DNA of 64,000 bases from Eledone cirrhosa (Eukaryota), in NCBI GenBank assembly GCA_964016885.1, contig OZ024752.1, forward strand, positions 4,402,001 through 4,466,000. The letters are read 5' to 3'. The notes under the pieces are model-generated. The model was not told the origin of the DNA. It saw nothing but the letters and a program-made list of their open reading frames with translations, and searched no databases. The position numbers and the translations under genes were made by a program. The number at the start of each line of letters is the position of its first letter. Position 1 is the stretch's first letter. This document shows positions 1 to 17,392 of the stretch, one piece after another.

Positions 1-286
1 CCTTGCCTGTCACTCTCTTCCCCCCTCTCTCTGTCTCTCTTTGATGTCCACTCCAGACTGGTTGACTACAATGACAACACAATAACTTCTATTCTAAATC
101 TCTTGGTCAAATACACATACTCAGACTCACTGGCTTTTGATGGACGCTCACACACACAGACATATATATACACACATACACACATTGGCTTTTGATGTTG
201 GCTCATACAGACACTGGTAAACTTTTCATAAAGATAAACACACGTGCACACAGGCTCTCCCCTCCAAAATCACACATGGAGACATT

Positions 287-288
<2 letters not shown>

Positions 289-333
<45 letters not shown>

Positions 334-675
334 GGCTAACCCCTTCACAAACACAGGCATACACATACACTGGCAGACTTTGCAAAAAGACAGGCACACA
401 CACACACACATACTGTTACTCCCTTTTACAAACACACACACACACATTGGCTCTCTCTTTTACAAACACATGCACCCACACTAGCCCACTCCTCCCACAC
501 TCGTAATGGCTCTCTCCTTCATGAAAACACACACACATACACTGGCTCCCCCTCTCTCCCTCCACACACATATACACTGGCTCCCCCTCTCTCCCTCCAC
601 ACACATATACACTGGCTCCCCCCTCTCCCTCCACACACATATACACTGGCTCCCCCTCTCTCCCTCCACACACAT
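289..675. repeat. (CA)n microsatellite and short ~34-bp CA/CT-rich tandem repeat
   Basis: (CA)n at 289-331; unit ACACACATATACACTGGCTCCCCCTCTCTCCCTCC repeated about 4 times at 527-672. Confidence 0.85.
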
Positions 676-1104
676 TCACAAGATAATTATCAATATTAAT
701 AGAAATCAGCATAAATAAATAAGACAAAATAAATAAATAAATAGTTTTTCAAGCCAGAGTTGTCTCATCTAAGATTTCCATCACATGGTTGTCATGTGAG
801 GGTGAGTTTGAGGGCAGTATTTTGTTAAACTGCACTGCTTCATCCCTCTCTCTTTCACTCACTCTCTTACCCTCTCTCTCTCTCTCTCTGTCTATTTATC
901 TCTTTCTATATATATATATATCTTTCCCTTCCCCCCTCTCCTTCTATATATATATATATTTCCCCCCCCTCTTCCCGTTCTCTCTTTTGCACCCTCTCTT
1001 CTCTTTTGTCTGCTCTCCCCCCTCTCTCCCAGTGTCATGGTTGTGAAGCCTGTTCTAATTGAAATAATCAATACACCTGATTCAAAATATATTAAATTAA
1101 TAAT

Positions 1105-1294
1105 GATTTCTGATTTTGGTGCAAGGCCAGCAATTTATGGGAAGGTGGGGAAATTTGATTATATCGACCCCGGAAGGGTGAAAGGCAAAGCTAACCCTAA
1201 GCAGGGTTTCAATCCAGAACATAAAGAAGGGCCATAATTAAATGTTACAAAGTATTTTGTTTGATACTCTGATGATTCTACCAACCCACCACCT
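1105..1294 (-). mobile_element. Diverged Meta-domain-type tRNA SINE
   Basis: Reverse complement resembles the GCCTTTCATCC..GGGGTCGATAAA core and GCTGGCCTTGTGCC 3' end of the intact copies at 9595 and 24429. Confidence 0.6.
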
Positions 1295-1298
1295 TTAA

Positions 1299-1518
1299 CC
1301 CTTTACCATTTACATTACTCTATATTTACTATTGTATTTTCACGGTAAAGGCTTTAACTCACATAATATCTCACATAATATTGAATCTACAAGATTTTGA
1401 TATTATTTATCTTGAGAACAATACCTTAACATAAGTATGAGCTGCCGGTTATAGCCAGTTTGAATAGAAAGAGGTGAGAGAATTCTGTCTGGATACAGCT
1501 GGTTTAAATGCTAAATGG
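1299..1518. mobile_element. piggyBac-like MITE
   Basis: TTAA on both flanks; termini CCCTTTACCATTTA / TAAATGCTAAATGG; same family at 11324, 12114, 55711. Confidence 0.8.
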
Positions 1519-1756
1519 TTAATTGTTTGAAATGTAGGCACAAGGCCAGAAGTTTTGTGGGAAGAGGAAAGTTGATTAGATTAACCTCAGTATTTCACTG
1601 GTACTTTATTTTATTGATGAGAGAAAAATGAAAGGTAAATTTGTCCATGGCAGGATTTGAAGTCAGAATATATGAGGGAAAATACAGGGAAGAAATACAA
1701 ACACATTTGGGAATGTACATTGAATAGAAAGGGGAAAATCAGTAGTAATAATATAT

Positions 1757-1940
1757 ATAATCGTTTCTACTTTTGGCACAAGGCCAGCAATTACTCCAGT
1801 GCATTACTGGTACTTTATTTTATCGACCCCCGTAAGGATGAAAGGCAAAGTTAACCTCAGCGGGATTTGAGCTTGAACCGTAAAGGGACGTAATTATGCT
1901 GCAAAGCATGGTGTCTTACCCTCTACCGATACTGCCAATG
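1757..1940 (-). mobile_element. Meta-domain-type tRNA SINE
   Basis: TTTATCGACCCCCGTAAGGATGAAAGGCAAAGTTAACCTC core plus tRNA-like head on the minus strand. Confidence 0.8.
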
Positions 1941-2029
1941 GAATAACTATAATAAGATGAAGGATCCCCCAAAACGGAGGAGGGGGTACAACTACACACA
2001 ATTATCACCTGACATAGGTTACACAATAC

Positions 2030-5000
2030 ACTACACAACTATTGCTATACACAGCCACTACACAACACAACTATTACTATACACAACCACCACACAACAC
2101 AACACACCTATTACTATACACAGCTACAACACAACACAACACAACACAACTATTACTATACACAGCTACAACACAACACAATTGTTACTGTACACAGTCA
2201 CAACACAACACAACTATTACTATACACAACCACCACACAACACAACACACCTATTGCTATACACAGCTACAACACAACACAATTGTTACTGTACACAGCC
2301 ACAACACAACCACCATACAACACAACTATTGCTATACAAAGCCACAACACAACACAACTATTGCTATACACAGCCACCACACAACACAACTATTGCTATA
2401 CACAACCACAACACAACTATTGCTATACACAACCACCACACAACACAACTATTGCTATACACAACCACCACACAAAACAACTATTGCTATACACAGCCAC
2501 CACACAACACAACTATTGCTATACACAACCACCACACAACACAACTATTGCTATACACAACCACCACACAACACAGCTATTGCTATACACAACCACCACA
2601 CAACACAACTATTGCTATACACAACCACCACACAACACAACTATTGCTATACACAACCACCACACAACACAACTATTGCTATACACAGCCACCACACAAC
2701 ACAACTATTGCTATACACAACCACCACACAACACAGCTATTGCTATACACAGCCACCACACAACACAACTATTGCTATACACAGCCACCACACAATACAA
2801 CTATTGCTATACACAACCACCACACAACACAGCTATTGCTATACACAACCACCACACAACACAACTATTGCTATACACAGCCACCACACAACACAACTAT
2901 TGCTATACACAACCACCACACAACACAACTATTGCTATACACAACCACCACACAACACAGCTATTGCTATACACAACCACCACACAACACAACTATTGCT
3001 ATACACAGCCACCACACAACACAACTATTGCTATACACAGCCACCACACAACACAACTATTGCTATACACAACCACCACACAACACAGCTATTGCTATAC
3101 ACAACCACCACACAACACAACTATTGCTATACACAGCCACCACACAACACAACTATTGCTATACACAGCCACCACACAACACAACTATTGCTATACACAG
3201 CCACCACACAACACAACTATTGCTATACACAACCACCACACAACACAACTATTGCTATACACAACCACCACACAACACAGCTATTGCTATACACAGCCAC
3301 CACACAACACAACTATTGCTATACACAACCACCACACAACACAACTATTGCTATACACAACCACCACACAACACAACTATTGCTATACACAGCCACCACA
3401 CAACACAACTATTGCTATACACAGCCACCACACAATACAACTATTGCTATACACAACCACCACACAACACAGCTATTGCTATACACAGCCACCACACAAC
3501 ACAACTATTGCTATACACAGCCACCACACAACACAACTATTGCTATACACAACCACCACACAACACAACTATTGCTATACACAACCACCACACAACACAG
3601 CTATTGCTATACACAGCCACCACACAACACAACTATTGCTATACACAGCCACCACACAACACAACTATTGCTATACACAACCACCACACAACACAACTAT
3701 TGCTATACACAACCACCACACAACACAACTATTGCTATACACAACCACCACACAACACAGCTATTGCTATACACAGCCACCACACAATACAACTATTGCT
3801 ATACACAGCCACCACACAACACAACTATTGCTATACACAGCCACCACACAACACAACTATTGCTATACACAACCACCACACAATACAACTATTGCTATAC
3901 ACAACCACCACACAACACAGCTATTGCTATACACAACCACCACACAACACAACTATTGCTATACACAACCACCACACAACACAGCTATTGCTATACACAG
4001 CCACCACACAACACAACTATTGCTATACACAACCACCACACAATACAACTATTGCTATACACAGCCACCACACAACACAACTATTGCTATACACAACCAC
4101 CACACAATACAACTATTGCTATACACAGCCACCACACAACACAACTATTGCTATACACAGCCACCACACAACACAGCTATTGCTATACACAGCCACCACA
4201 CAACACAACTATTGCTATACACAGCCACCACACAATACAACTATTGCTATACACAGCCACCACACAACACAACTATTGCTATACACAGCCACCACACAAC
4301 ACAACTATTGCTATACACAGCCACCACACAACACAACTATTGCTATACACAGCCACCACACAACACAACTATTGCTATACACAACCACCACACAATACAA
4401 CTATTGCTATACACAGCCACCACACAACACAGCTATTGCTATACACAGCCACCACACAACACAACTATTGCTATACACAACCACCACACAATACAACTAT
4501 TGCTATACACAGCCACCACACAACACAACTATTGCTATACACAGCCACCACACAACACAACTATTGCTATACACAACCACCACACAGCACAACTATTGCT
4601 ATACACAGCCACCACACAGCACAACTATTGCTATACACAGCCACCACACAACACAACTATTGCTATACACAACCACCACACAACACAACTATTGCTATAC
4701 ACAGCCACCACACAACACAACTATTGCTATACACAACCACCACACAACACAGCTATTGCTATACACAACCACCACACAACACAACTATTGCTATACACAA
4801 CCACCACACAACACAGCTATTGCTATACACAGCCACCACACAACACAGCTATTGCTATACACAGCCACCACACAACACAACTATTGCTATACACAACCAC
4901 CACACAACACAGCTATTGCTATACACAGCCACCACACAACACAGCTATTGCTATACACAGCCACCACACAACACAACTATTGCTATACACAACCACCACA

Positions 5001-5392
5001 CAACAGCTATTGCTATACACAGCCACCACACAACACAACTATTGCTATACACAGCCACCACACAACACAACTATTGCTATACACAGCCACCACACAACAC
5101 AACTATTGCTATACACAGCCACCACACAACACAACTATTGCTATACACAACCACCACACAACACAGCTATTGCTATACACAGCCACCACACAACACAACT
5201 ATTGCTATACACAGCCACCACACAACACAACTATTGCTATACACAGCCACCACACAACACAACTATTGCTATACACAGCCACCACACAACACAACTATTG
5301 CTGTACACAGCCACCACACAACACAACTATTGCTATACACAGCCACCACACAACACAGCTATTGCTATACACAGCCACCACACAACACAACT
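2030..5392. repeat. 32-bp tandem satellite, ~105 copies
   Basis: Unit CAACACARCTATTGCTATACACARCCACCACA; the 32-aa periodicity in three frames equals 3 x 32 nt. Confidence 0.97.
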
Positions 5393-5873
5393 ATGACAAT
5401 GGTCAACAGTAAAGTCTTGATAAACTTACACAAAGGGTATACTATCAGAGCCCTTCTTCTGGTCCAGCCACTCTGACATTCACTAACTATAATATATATA
5501 TATTATATATAATATATATAATATATATATATTATATATATAATATATATAATATATATATATTATATATATAATATATATATTATATATATATTATATA
5601 ATATATATAATATATATATATATTATATATATATTATATATTATATATATATTATATAATATATATATTATATATATATTATATTATATAAATATTATAT
5701 AAATATTATATAAATATATAAATATATATATATTATATATATATTATATAAATATTATATATATATTATATAAATATTATATATATATTATATATATATT
5801 ATATAAATATTATATACATATTATATATATATATTATATACATATTATATATATATTATATACATATTATATA

Positions 5874-6286
5874 AATGTTCAGAGCCATCCTCAGCATTCT
5901 CGTGTAGCACCCATCCACCATCTGAGTGAGTTTCTCGGTCAGTGTCCAAGTCTCATACAGCAGCACAGACTCCACTACAGCAATGAAAAACTCAGAGCTG
6001 CACGGGAGCATCCCAAAAGTCAGCTCAAAAGTGACACAGAGGAGACTGAGGTTAGCTGGACATGCTCACCGACATCCAGAGTTGACATTGCACTCAGTAC
6101 TCCTTTGGGAGCCCCTACATGGACACACTAGAAGAGGAAGACCAAGGTTAACATATGTTGATGCACTAAGGACGGACACTGGTCTGTTGGAGATGCAGGA
6201 CATGGCAGCGATAATGAGGGACAGAGACCGCTGGAGAGAACTCGTCCATGGATCTCGGGAATTTTACCCGCCTTAGAATAAAATAG
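5874..6286 (+). mobile_element. RTE-clade LINE 3' end with 5' inversion
   Basis: 5983-6276 encodes RRLRLAGH..WEP..RRGRP..DRDRWR (RTE C-terminus); 5874-5982 is the upstream part (AVVESVLLYETWTL..GCYTRMLRMALN) on the minus strand. Confidence 0.88.
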
Positions 6287-6584
6287 ATTATATAAATATT
6301 ATATATATATTATATATATATATTATATATATATATTATATATATATATTATATATATATATATTATATATATATATTTTATATATATATACTTTATATA
6401 TATATATTATATATATTATATATATATTATATATATATTATATATATATTATATATATATTATATATATTATATATATATTATATATATATTATATAAAT
6501 ATTATATATATATTATATATATATATATATATTATATATATATATTATATATATTATATAAATATTATATATATATTATATAAA

Positions 6585-6920
6585 TCATCATCAATATTTA
6601 ACGTCCGTGTTCCACGCTTGCATGGGTTTGGACGGGGGTTTTCCCACTTGAGGCAAGAGTGATTGTCTTGCTCGCATAGGACTGTCTGGCAGGTTTTCTA
6701 CAGTTGGATGCCCTTCCTAACATCAACCACATTTACAGTGTGGGTCTGGGAGGTTTTTACCGTGTTGCCTACACGGCCACATTACAGCGTGGACTGTGTG
6801 TTTTTTTGTCGTGACACCTACACGATCTCATTTGTTTCGGCCTGGATGGTGTGGCACCAACATAACTTTACATAGAAGCGGGCGGTGTGGATGGGGTGGG
6901 GGTGGTGGGACGGGGGTGTA
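6585..6920 (-). mobile_element. RTE LINE 3' UTR fragment
   Basis: Near-identical to the 3' UTR of the RTE at 40537-40880; ends GGACGTTAAA..(TGA)n. Confidence 0.85.
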
Positions 6921-7366
6921 TAAATATTATATATATATTATATAAATATATATATATTATATAAATATATATATATTATATAAATATTATATATATATTA
7001 TATAAATATTATATATATATTATATAAATATTATATATATATTATATAAATATTATATATATATTATATAAATATTATATATATATATTATATAAATATA
7101 TATATATTATATAAATATTATATATATATATTATATAAATATTATATATATATATTATATAAATATTATATATATATATTATATATATATTATATATATA
7201 TTATACATATCATATATATATATGATATATATTATATATATATTATCATCGTCTAACGTCTATCTTCCACGCTAGCATGTGTTTAAACGGGAATTGTCCC
7301 ACGTGAAGCAAGATTTGTTGTTTATTTATATATTATATATATTATATATATATTATATATTATATA

Positions 7367-7872
7367 TCTATATATATAAATTTGAGGATGTCTGTCTGTG
7401 TGAGTTTGAATCCCTAAAACTAGTGAACCACCCAACCGACTGTTTTCAAACTTTACACATATAATACTTATGTTTCAGGGAGTGTTCTGAGCAAAAATTT
7501 CAAATTTTCCATGCCCTAGGGACCGCATTAGGCGATTTAGGGATCTCTCTCTATAATTCTTAGTCTTTCTCTTTTTAAATAGATACATACATATAACGTT
7601 GCGCCCTTGTAATATCTGTCTGTATGTCTGGCTGTCTGCTGCCTCCGGTTATTCTGCCACCCTTGCTCAAGACAAATCTCACACTCATTCCCCAAACAGT
7701 TGGTAAGTGTACACAACTTCTTCCTCACGTTTTAAGCCACAGTGTTGCTTACTTACGTACCACCAGACCCTTACTTCTTTGCCAGCCGTGGTTGTGGCAA
7801 TACTAAGCTTAGCTAAGGCGATTATATATTTCACAATACCTTATTCCGTGCAACGCCGGGTACCACTGCTAG
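7367..7872 (+). mobile_element. Non-autonomous Helitron
   Basis: 5' TCTATATATATAAA; 3' CCGTGCAACGCCGGG hairpin then CTAG; inserted between A and T. Confidence 0.8.
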
Positions 7873-7930
7873 TATATTAGATATTATATATATATTATAT
7901 ATTCTATATAATGTGAAATAAAGTGTCTTG

Positions 7931-8187
7931 TATTGTTTCCTTGAGCAAGACACTTTATTTCACATTGCTCCAGTTTACTCAGCTGTAGAAATGAGATGAT
8001 AGGGACTGGGATCCATATCATTCCACTGCAAAGTGGTCGTGGAGGTGCCACGGCAAAAAAGCACCCAGCACTCACTGTAAATGAGGTTGGTGTTAGGAAG
8101 GGCATCCAGCTGTAGAAATCAAGCCAGAATCAGTTGCCGTCCCACCCTTGCAAGCAGGGAAAAAGCGGACTTAACACGAAATGATGA
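7931..8187 (+). mobile_element. CORE-type SINE, 5'-truncated
   Basis: TTTCCTTGAGCAAGACACTTTATTTCACATTGCTCCAG core and RTE-like tail; matches the full copy at 33291. Confidence 0.85.
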
Positions 8188-8213
8188 TATATATATTATC
8201 TTATATATATATA

Positions 8214-9291
8214 TCTATATATATAAAAATGTTGTTGTCTGTGTGTGTGTGTCCCCTCATTTTTGCAAAGTCTATACAAATCCACATTTCTACTCCATTT
8301 GACTTCAAATTTGCATTTATATATTCCTTGCGGTCTAAAGATATTAACTGCAGCTTTTGTTTTTCAATTTTCTGTTGTTAAAGGAGTGTTAGGCGTCAGT
8401 TATCCATCTCCATCGCGCTCTTATAATATCTGTCTGTATGCCTGGCTGTCTGCATTACGACATTCTGATGAACATTGATGACGTATTATGTTCGCTATTA
8501 TCCGTTTATTGCCAGGGAACGTCTTCATGAACCAAAGTATTGTCTTCCTGTTTTCCTTCGGTTGCAACGTTTTTTGAAATATTTACTTCTGCGTTCACAG
8601 ATTGATGTTTTTAGTTTCAGAAGATCCCGTTAAGGGTGAAAGCAACGATTCTTTGCTTAAACTTTAATCTGTTATTTTAATCTATATATGTATATATATA
8701 AAACTGAGGAAGTATGTATGTATGTATGTGTGTGTGTGTGTGTGTGAAACCCGAGAAGTACCCAACCGATTTTTTTCAAACTTTACATGTGTATTACTTA
8801 TGTTTCAGGGAGTGTTATGCACATAAAAAAATTCACCATTATGTGAAAAACTGCGTTTTTTCAGGCGTTACGTCAGACCGCTTTCCTTGAAATTGTAACT
8901 ATGTATTAGTCAGTCTCTTCTTCATACCGTGAGCATAGAAAATCCAATTTTTTAAGGGCCTCCTAGAGCCTGCATTAGGTGAAAAGCTTCATTTTGTTTC
9001 AGCTTTTTAGGGCTTTTTGGAGGCGTTACATCTAGCCGATTTTCCCGAAATTTCAAGGCATATTATGCACAAAAAAAAAATTAATTTTCTTGATCCACTA
9101 GGGCCCGTATTAGGTGAAAATCTGCACTTTCCCTGCCTCGTCGAGGAAAATCTTAGATTATCCAGCCATCAGAGTATTCGGTTTATTTTCTTTACATACT
9201 GTCCAGGCATGCAGTTTTTCCACGATTTGGTCTGTTGGCGGGTCGCCTTCCAAAATACCTTATCCCGTGCAACGCCATGTACTACTGCTAC
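8214..9291 (+). mobile_element. Composite non-autonomous Helitron(s): two 5' ends (8214, 8681), one 3' end
   Basis: TCTATATAT starts at 8214 and 8681; internal similarity to the 7367 copy; 3' CCCGTGCAACGCCATGTACTACTGCTAC (decayed CTAG). Confidence 0.65.
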
Positions 9292-9438
9292 TATACATGT
9301 ACTACTGCTACTGCTACTATACATATACAAATATTATATATATTGTATATATATATTATACATATACATTATATATATTATATTATATATACATTATATA
9401 TATTATATTTAATATGTATAATACATATATAATATATA

Positions 9439-9575
9439 TAATTGTTTCTACTTTTGGCGCAAGGCCAGCAATTATCCCAGTACATTACTGGTACTTTATT
9501 TTATCGACCCCGTAAGGATGAAAGGCAAAGTTAACCTCGGCGGGATTTGAACTCAGACCGTAAATGGACGTAACT
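9439..9575 (-). mobile_element. Meta-domain-type SINE (head truncated)
   Basis: Core and 3' end on the minus strand. Confidence 0.85.
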
Positions 9576-9594
9576 ATAATGTTTATATATACTA

Positions 9595-9788
9595 GGGCGG
9601 TGGATTGGCAGTATCGGTAGAGGGTCGGACGCCATGCTTTGCAGCAAAGAGTTATGGCTCTTTATGGTCTGAGTTCAAATCCCACCGAGGTTAACTTTGC
9701 CTTTCAACCTTACGGGGTCGATAAAATAAAGTACCAGTAATACACTGGGATAATTGCTGGCCTTGTGCCCAAAGTAGAAACAATTATA
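9595..9788 (+). mobile_element. Meta-domain-type tRNA SINE, full length
   Basis: A-box TGGCAGTATCGG, B-box GAGTTCAAATCC, core GCCTTTCAACCTTACGGGGTCGATAAAATAAAGTACCAG. Confidence 0.88.
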
Positions 9789-9846
9789 TATATTATATAT
9801 ATTATATATACATTATATATATTATATATACATTATATATATTATA

Positions 9847-9922
9847 TAAGGTTGTAACATAAATTCCTGCCGTTTTTATTAAACAAATTATAATAACGGC
9901 GGGAATTTATGTTACAACCCAA
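9847..9922. mobile_element. Tiny mariner-like MITE (MADE1-like hairpin)
   Basis: GGTTGTAACATAAATTCCYGCCGTT inverted repeat (24/25 match) around a short spacer, in TA context. Confidence 0.65.
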
Positions 9923-9923
9923 T

Positions 9924-10525
9924 ATCATCATCATCATCATCATCATCACTGTTTTACGTCCATTCTTCCATGCTAGCATGGGTTAGACGGGTTGTCCTGT
10001 TGTGGGCAGTGTCTGGTCGGCTGACCATGCCTTGCTCATACAGGAACTGATCTGGCTTGATTTCTACAGCTGGATGCCCTTCCTAACAACAACCTCATTT
10101 ACAGTGAGTGCTGGGTGCTTTTTCGTGGCGCCTACACGTCCACTTTACAGTGTGGGCTGGGTGCTTTTTTACCATGGCACCTCCACGACCACTTTCCAGT
10201 GGGAGGGTGTGGGGGCATATTGTCTATATGCTTCAGCTTGTACCCATGGGAGGTCGGGTACTCTGTATTACTGCGTGATGCCAGAGGTCACGGTCGTGTG
10301 TCATCGCCTTTGAGAGGTGTAATTGGGTAAGGTCGGCTTTTATCACCTCATCCCAGGTCTTCTTGGGTCTCCTCACTCCGCGGTTTCCATCGACTTCTCG
10401 TGCTCTGCACCTTTTTATGCAGCTGTCATCCTTCATATGCATCACATGTCCATACCAACGCAACCACCTCTCCTGCACACAGCATTTGATTCCTCTTATG
10501 CTCAGTCTCTCTCTCAATTCATTTA
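9924..10525 (-). mobile_element. RTE LINE 3' end (ORF C-terminus + 3' UTR)
   Basis: LRWYGHVMHM..RPKKTWDEVI..DRDLW, homologous to the end of the 40929 ORF; (TGA)n tail. Confidence 0.88.
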
Positions 10526-11104
10526 TGCTATATATATATATATATTATATATTATATATATTATATTGTATATATTATATATATATTATATATATTATAT
10601 ATATATTATATATATTATATATATATTATATATATACTTATATATAAATATGTATACATATATAATCAGCTAAACTCTATATATTCTTCCATCACTTTCC
10701 TCCTTTTCTCAGAATCAGATAGAATCTGAAGATTTTTGTCTAATTTTTTCATGTGCATCTGATATTTTAATTCCTTTAGGGTAGATTACTCAATTCTCAT
10801 ATAATTTTCTTGTGACTTTCTCTTACAGAATGGAATTTCCATTTCACTAAACCATTCTTTTTCTCTTCCATATAACACTCATTTCTTTAAAAAGACTTTG
10901 CTTTTTTTCTTTTTGTGTGTGTATATATATATACATGTATGTATGTATGTGCATGTATTCACACACACCTGCACTTATATATATATATTATATATGTGCA
11001 CATGTATACATACATACATACATACATACATACATACATACATACATACATACATACATACATACATACATACATACATACATACATACATACATGTGTG
11101 TGTG

Positions 11105-11138
<34 letters not shown>

Positions 11139-11323
11139 TATATATGGATAGATCCTCCATAGATTTTTTTTTTGCCTTATTTTGCATGGAATTTTATATG
11201 AATTTTTATTTGTGCTGTATGGAAATGTCTTGCAATGTCTCCTTATTGTGAGTGCATGGTTAATCAATGAGAAGGTGTAGTGCTTGTATGACTGATGTAA
11301 CCTTTGGACGGAAACATCATTAA

Positions 11324-11543
11324 CCCTTTAGCATTTACATTACTGTATATTTGCTATTATATTTTCATGGTAAAGGCTTTACCTTACATAATTATGCCAC
11401 ATAATATTGAATCTATGAGATTTTGATATTATTTATTTTGAGAACAATACTTTAACATAAGTATGAGTTGCCAGTTATTGCCAGTTTGAACAGAAAGAGG
11501 TGAGAGAATGCTGGCCGGATATGGCTTGTTTAAATGTAAAGGG
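11324..11543. mobile_element. piggyBac-like MITE
   Basis: TTAA-CCCTTTAGCATTTA ... TAAATGTAAAGGG-TTAA. Confidence 0.85.
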
Positions 11544-12113
11544 TTAAAGTGTGTAAAATCCTTCCATCTTAATGTTCAAATGAGAACCTTTAAGTTATGT
11601 ATGCTTCAAACACGGAGAGAAAATTATATTACACATTTCCTACAAATTTTTGTAAGTGTTGAAAATCACAGGCAGTTTTATTTTCTATTATTTGTACTGG
11701 ATGTTTCATTTAGTAGCTGTTCTTGTGTGTTTTTTAATTTCTTGTAGAATTGATAAAACGTATGACCATACATTAGCAAGATGCAGACCCTTCAACCTGT
11801 CTGGGAGGTCAATAACACCACTTCAGTACTGACTTGGTCTATGTACACTCATCTAATCCCCACTATTAGGGGAAGTGGATTTTAAATGATGATGATGATT
11901 GTAATGAAAGTGTTAAGATGTTTAGTTTTTTGCAATTTGGTGACCCAACCAACATTGATCAAGCCCCAGCCTGAGTCTTCGTGGTATTTTACTGACCTCA
12001 CTGGTCATTTCTTTTTAATCAGTTTTATCTAGAGGTTTTCTTTCCTGCTTTCATATTATTCTGGCTTGCTCTTCTGCTCTCTCCTCTAATGTTTAGTATT
12101 CTATATACCTTAA

Positions 12114-12314
12114 CCCTTCAGCATTTGCATTACTCTATATTTACTATTGAATTTTTGCAGTAAAGGTTTTATCTCACATAATATTGAACCTACAAGATTT
12201 TGATATTTTTATAACAATACTTTAATGTTAGTATGAGCAGCTGGTTATGGCCAGTTTGAACAGAAAGAGGTGAGAGAATTCTTGCCGGATGCAACCTGTT
12301 TAAATGCTAAAGGG
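12114..12314. mobile_element. piggyBac-like MITE
   Basis: TTAA-CCCTTCAGCATTT ... AAATGCTAAAGGG-TTGA; same family. Confidence 0.8.
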
Positions 12315-13291
12315 TTGATAAAGGAACAACATGGCTAGTTCCACTGATAAACACCTGCTCCTCCACTATATCATTGCAGCAGTTCTCTACCAATCCCTAG
12401 TTATTCACTAACAGCAATTTATTTTAAATTGTAAAGATGGTAGCAGCTTAGTTAATGGGAAGATTGCTGCGTTGCTAATCTAAATGTAGGTTTTAGTTAA
12501 ATGCATGTAATGTGGTTTTAAAACTATATACTTATAGCCTGGGTTAGTGTAAAGGAAATCGCTAAATTATAATAATTTACCCTATTTTGTCTGTCTACAG
12601 TGATAATCATAATCATTAGTAACAGTTATAATACAATTACATTTCAGAAGAGATGTAATACTGTTAAAATCAGCAAGCTGCTAAATGGTTAGGGAGAGCT
12701 AAGCTGTGGGATATTACTCAGAGAAATCCATCATTCTGGTAATAATAAATAAATTTAGAGCTCCCAGTGGTCTCTTAGATCTCATTTTGTGTACATCAAT
12801 AATTATTGAAGAGGATAATTAGGGCAAGGTATACATAATGAGCAGATAACTATTTCTGAAACATTTCATTGGACTTGCATTTATTCTATAGCTTCATTTA
12901 CTAAGATCTAGAAGCAATCTTTCACATCTGATATCCTATTGAACAAGGAATAGTTTTTTGTGAGATTTTTCAGATCATTAACTCTTGGTTTTCTATAAGA
13001 ATATGGTAAGTTTTGACAAATAATGAGAAATTCGATTGAGAAATAAAATGTAACCATTAGGTTTTCAAGATTTGTAGAAAAATAGAAATGTAGAAATAAA
13101 GTCTACCTGTCTAACATATGAGAAGACACAAATCTGATAATTATGCCTTTTGGGAGTATTTGATTGAAATAAGCACACACTATATACTGTATACACATCT
13201 CAACACCATTCTAATAAATATTGACTGTAGAGGTAATCAAATTGTGTATACATATTTCGGGACACCCTGTATATATATGCGTGTGTGTGGC

Positions 13292-17392
<4,101 letters not shown>

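Noticed and set aside
1957-5476. Three >1000-aa His/Thr/Tyr-rich ORFs
   Set aside because: Translation of a stop-free 32-bp satellite in all three frames
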